From the NCBI RefSeq assembly GCF_009914755.1, contig NC_060925.1: a DNA stretch of 64,000 bases; one strand, written 5' to 3'. Under the pieces are notes generated by a model. The model saw nothing but the letters and a program-made list of their open reading frames with translations, did not search any database and was not told where the DNA came from. Position numbers and translations under genes: made by a program. This document shows, in pieces, positions 58,784-64,000 of the stretch; position 1 is the stretch's first letter; each line of letters starts with the position of its first letter. This DNA comes from the human T2T-CHM13v2.0 reference genome, Homo sapiens.

Positions 58784-59200
58784 CAGCCACATTGTGTTTC
58801 CTCCCAAATAAGATTAACGTTGATTAAATAACATTAAAGATGATTGTGCAGATAGGCAACTAGGTCACAGAGGGTCTACAGTGCCAGGTTCTGGGAACAA
58901 ACCTGCTGGTGAACAGGGAATACACTGAAAAGCTTTAAGCAGATTAATAATAGGTCTAATAAGTGCAACTGAATTTGTCACATGTCGGAAAAAAAACATT
59001 AAGCTCTGCCTAAAGATGCCTTTATGCTATGTTACACAAAAATATTCTTGCCATTATCAATAAAACTACCCCACCACAAAATATGAATGTTTCAAGAAGA
59101 CACCTTCATTTGCATGTCACATCTATTAATACCTAAAATTCTTCTAAATATTGAGATGTAGATAAAAAGTTACAGATCAAATGAGCTTCTATTTAAAATA

Positions 59201-59204
<4 letters not shown>

Positions 59205-59244
<40 letters not shown>
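59205..59244. repeat. (TG)n microsatellite
   Basis: Seen directly. Confidence 0.97.
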
Positions 59245-59248
<4 letters not shown>

Positions 59249-59798
59249 CTGGAACACCAAATACCACATCTTGGTTTTGTTTTATTTTGGGAAGGAAATG
59301 TTTGTCTGAGTAATTAATTGCCTTACAGAAGCTTTCGATGATTCAGAGAACTAAGGATGTGACACCACTTGCAGCCTCCACAGACCTCAGTGAAGACGCA
59401 GTAGCTAAATGTTAGGACCATTTGTTAAAATATCGGGGACTCCCTCCCCACTTTAAACAGTAACTTGATTGAATGGAAATTTTCCATTTAGAAAATAGTT
59501 GCATGTTATCTTTACTTTTTCTTTTAAGGCAAACTTTTACTGAAGTGTAATACATATACAGAGAAGTGCAAAATGCAGTAAATTTTCACAGAACAAGTCC
59601 ATGTAACCAGTACCATAAAACGTAACATGGCCAGAACCTGGGGGTCCCCTTAATGTTCTGTTCCCTGTACCCATAGGGCAATCTCTCTCCTGACTTCAAA
59701 CACCAAAGATTAGTTGTGGCTGTTTTAAAATTTTCTATAAAAGGAATTATACAGTATTATGCTCTTCTGTGTCCACTCAACATCATGTTTCATGTTGA

Positions 59799-60098
<300 letters not shown>

Positions 60099-61014
60099 TA
60101 TAGTCATTTACTTTAAATAGGTTTTAGAAATAACGTATATTCCATTTTTATTCAAACTAGATCCTCAGGTTTCATTTTGCCTAGTTTGAATTTTTTCCAG
60201 CTTAAATTCCATTTGCATCAAAAGAAAATAACACTTAAGTGATCAAAGTAAACAATTCTAGTTTCCAGGGCATTTTTCCTCAAAATTGTCAAATAAAATG
60301 GTCAAATATTTTGCATCACCTAAGATTTCACAAACCACAAACTTATATACATAAATACATGTTTTGCACTATGTTCATGAAAGTAGAAGGAACACATATT
60401 CTAGGACTATAGGGTAAATAGGACAATCAAACAAAATTATCAGTTAATATGACAAAATGTTAAAAAATTAATACATACTTTTGAAAAAAAAAATACATTT
60501 CATTATCCAAATAGCAAGCAATACCAATATGCCAAAATAAAAAAAAAAAATCTCACAATAATATGAAGTTAGTTTTTTAACCAGTTCTACCTACACCAGA
60601 AATAAAGGAATCAAATTTCCTAGAACCTAACTGAAAACAGTAGAAAGAAATTAATATGCCACCTACAGCAAACTCCAGAAATCAATATCCTATGCTAAAG
60701 AAGCCCAGAAGGAAAATCTGGCTGCACACAGCTGTGTAATAAATCAATTTGTTACCGTGACAGTCATCTCAAAACAGGAGTAATGGCTGACAGACAACAA
60801 AGAAGTTAGATCTGACTCAAGGACAATATACAATAGAGCCCCACAAGGTTTTTGTTTTGGTTTTATTTTTAACAAGTCTGTTAAATCATTCATTGGGAAG
60901 TAATACAAAACAGACTTCCAGAAGTCTTATTCTAATTTTAACATCATCAATGAGTCAATAATTTTTTTTAATGTTTCTAGAAATTTCTTTATTCAACAAA
61001 TATTATGGAATACA

Positions 61015-61337
<323 letters not shown>

Positions 61338-62050
61338 CTATGTGTACACTATTGTCAGTAGATGGCAGGAATTCAATGATGAGTGGGGGAAAATAAGAAT
61401 TGCTGTTTTTTTGGAGAAGGGAGACTTATTAATCCTAATAAAATTATTACTGTTCTAAGTGCTAGAAGAAAAGATACAAAAAAGGCTATAACAGTATTTA
61501 TTAAGGAAATGTATTTGACTAACCTGGGAGAAAGGCAGTGACACTGGGGTGGCAGAGCTTAAGAAAAGATAAGAATTAAGTGTGTTACCGAGACGAGAAG
61601 AGCAAGTGCAAAGGCCCCGAGGCAGGCGGGAACATGGGCAGTGTAAGTAACAAAATCTATTATGCTGAGCTCCTAAGGACAAAATTAAGGTAATCCCAGA
61701 GTTTAGCAGCAAAGGTGAAAAAGACCTGGTTGTGACAACGCATGAGATTAAACCGTAGTGATAAATTCTAAATAATATTTAATTTCTCCATAAGATCACA
61801 TGCTTCTAAACACTAAACAATTTAAATATAGCTTGGGACAGAAAAGTATGATTATATGAAAGCCTACCTTTATCCTCAAAGTATCCCTGCTATGCTCATT
61901 CTCAGTGACATTTCGAGAGGTCCCTATAATTTATACTTATTCTGAGTAGTAAAACCAATTCAGAGATGTAGAAAGCAATAAATATTTGAAAAATCTTAAT
62001 TTGTGCTTTATATCCCATAGAAATAAATGAGTATTAAAGATCTATTCACT

Positions 62051-62673
<623 letters not shown>

Positions 62674-62699
62674 ATCTACCATTTAAAAACTAGTAATTT

Positions 62700-62975
62700 G
62701 GCCAGATGCAGTGGCTCATACCTATAACCCCAAGACTTTGGGAGATGGAGGCAGGAGGATCACTTGAGGCCAGGAGTTCAAGACCAGCCTGAATAACATA
62801 GCAAGACCCCATCTCTACAAAAAAATTGTTAATAGGCCAGGTGTAAGCACACCTGTAGTCCTAGCTACTCAAGAGGCTGAGGCAGGAGAAGCAATTGAGC
62901 CCAGGAGTTCGAGGATGTGGTTAACTATGATCACGCCACTACCCTCCAGTCTGAGCGACAGAGTGAGACTCTCTG
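62700..62975 (+). mobile_element. Alu (AluJ-like)
   Basis: Dimeric Alu; flanks CTAGTAAT. Confidence 0.9.
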
Positions 62976-63146
62976 TTTTTTTTTAAGCTAGTAATCCATT
63001 GAAGATATCCTTTACAACATTCTCCACAGATCCTAAGCTTTTAAGATACAACTAAGCACACAGGATCTCTGCAAGTGGGTGAGGATAATGGTTTTTCATC
63101 ACTAACAAAGGATGTTATTGTAGTAGTTTATATCAAGAAAGTAAAA

Positions 63147-63549
63147 GACCAGGTGCAGTGGCTTAGGCCTATAATCCCAGCACTTTGGGAAGCCAAGGCA
63201 GGAGGATGACTTGAGCCTGGGAGGTCAAGGCTGCAGTGAGCTGTGATCATACCACTGACAGCCTGGATGACAGAGCAATACCCTGTCTCAAAAGAAAAAA
63301 AAAAAAAATCAGGAAACAAAACAAAGGAAAGAAAAAACTCAACCCCCATCTGGGAATCTAATCACAGTACTCTGCTGGTTTTTTTGGTTTTGTTTTTTGT
63401 TTTTTAAGAGACAGTCTTGCTCTGTCACCCAGGCTGTAATATAATGGCATGTAGTTCACTGCAGCCTTAAACTCCTGGCCTCAAGTGATCCTCCCACCTG
63501 AGACTCTCAAAGTGCTGGGATTACAGGTGTGAGCCACCTTGCCCAGCCC
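63147..63549. mobile_element. Two opposed Alu monomers (63147-63308 +, 63378-63549 -)
   Basis: Monomer consensus in each orientation. Confidence 0.85.
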
Positions 63550-64000
63550 AGCACCCTACTTCTGATTCTTCAGTTTAAGTAACCCTAAAGAACAGACAAT
63601 ATTTAACAAATACTCATTTAGAGAAAAAGCTGTTTGGAGAAGGCAGCTAACTCAGCTTCAAATCCATCACCAAAACGAAAGGAAACCACTGAGAAGGTCA
63701 AAGACAGTCTCCTTACCAAATAGACATCCACTGGACCTGGCAGGATGCAAAGGCACAGCCCCCACTCAAGCAAAAGGGTGCCTCACATGGAGCTGTCTTG
63801 CTCTGGGTGCCACGGAAATCTTCCAAACCATGTGTGGCCTTTATAGATCCTTCATAATACACTTAGCTTTCAGAGACAGCATACCTTTCTCACATGTCAC
63901 AAAGGTTTTCAGATTCACTGAAACACTACCAGCCTCCACAAATACATAGTTCTTGCCCAAGCACTTTAAGAACCATTCTGTAAATAAGTCCTTAGCAATC

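Overview
Primate (human-like), Alu-rich genomic DNA lying inside the RERE gene (arginine-glutamic acid dipeptide repeats / atrophin-2), which is transcribed on the minus strand. Only two coding exons are supportable, both encoding part of the BAH domain: 35937-36007 (71 nt, [24 protein letters not shown]) and 26173-26298 (126 nt, VHNSQ...GPVG). The rest is intron: about 50 Alu/FLAM/FRAM copies, THE1/MLT/ERVL-type LTRs, hAT MERs, L2/MIR relics and microsatellites. Nearly all ORF-track entries are repeat-derived or chance ORFs. The most striking unexplained structure is an old inverted copy of the 126-nt exon, about 170 nt downstream of it in the pre-mRNA (25875-26000, + strand). It has the same length, retains AG and GTAAGG boundaries, and is about 62% identical by hand alignment. 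It predicts a long pre-mRNA hairpin covering the exon and its 5' splice site, which could act as a splicing switch or ADAR editing-complementary sequence, and may explain the exon's origin. Repeat subfamilies and boundaries were called by eye and are approximate.
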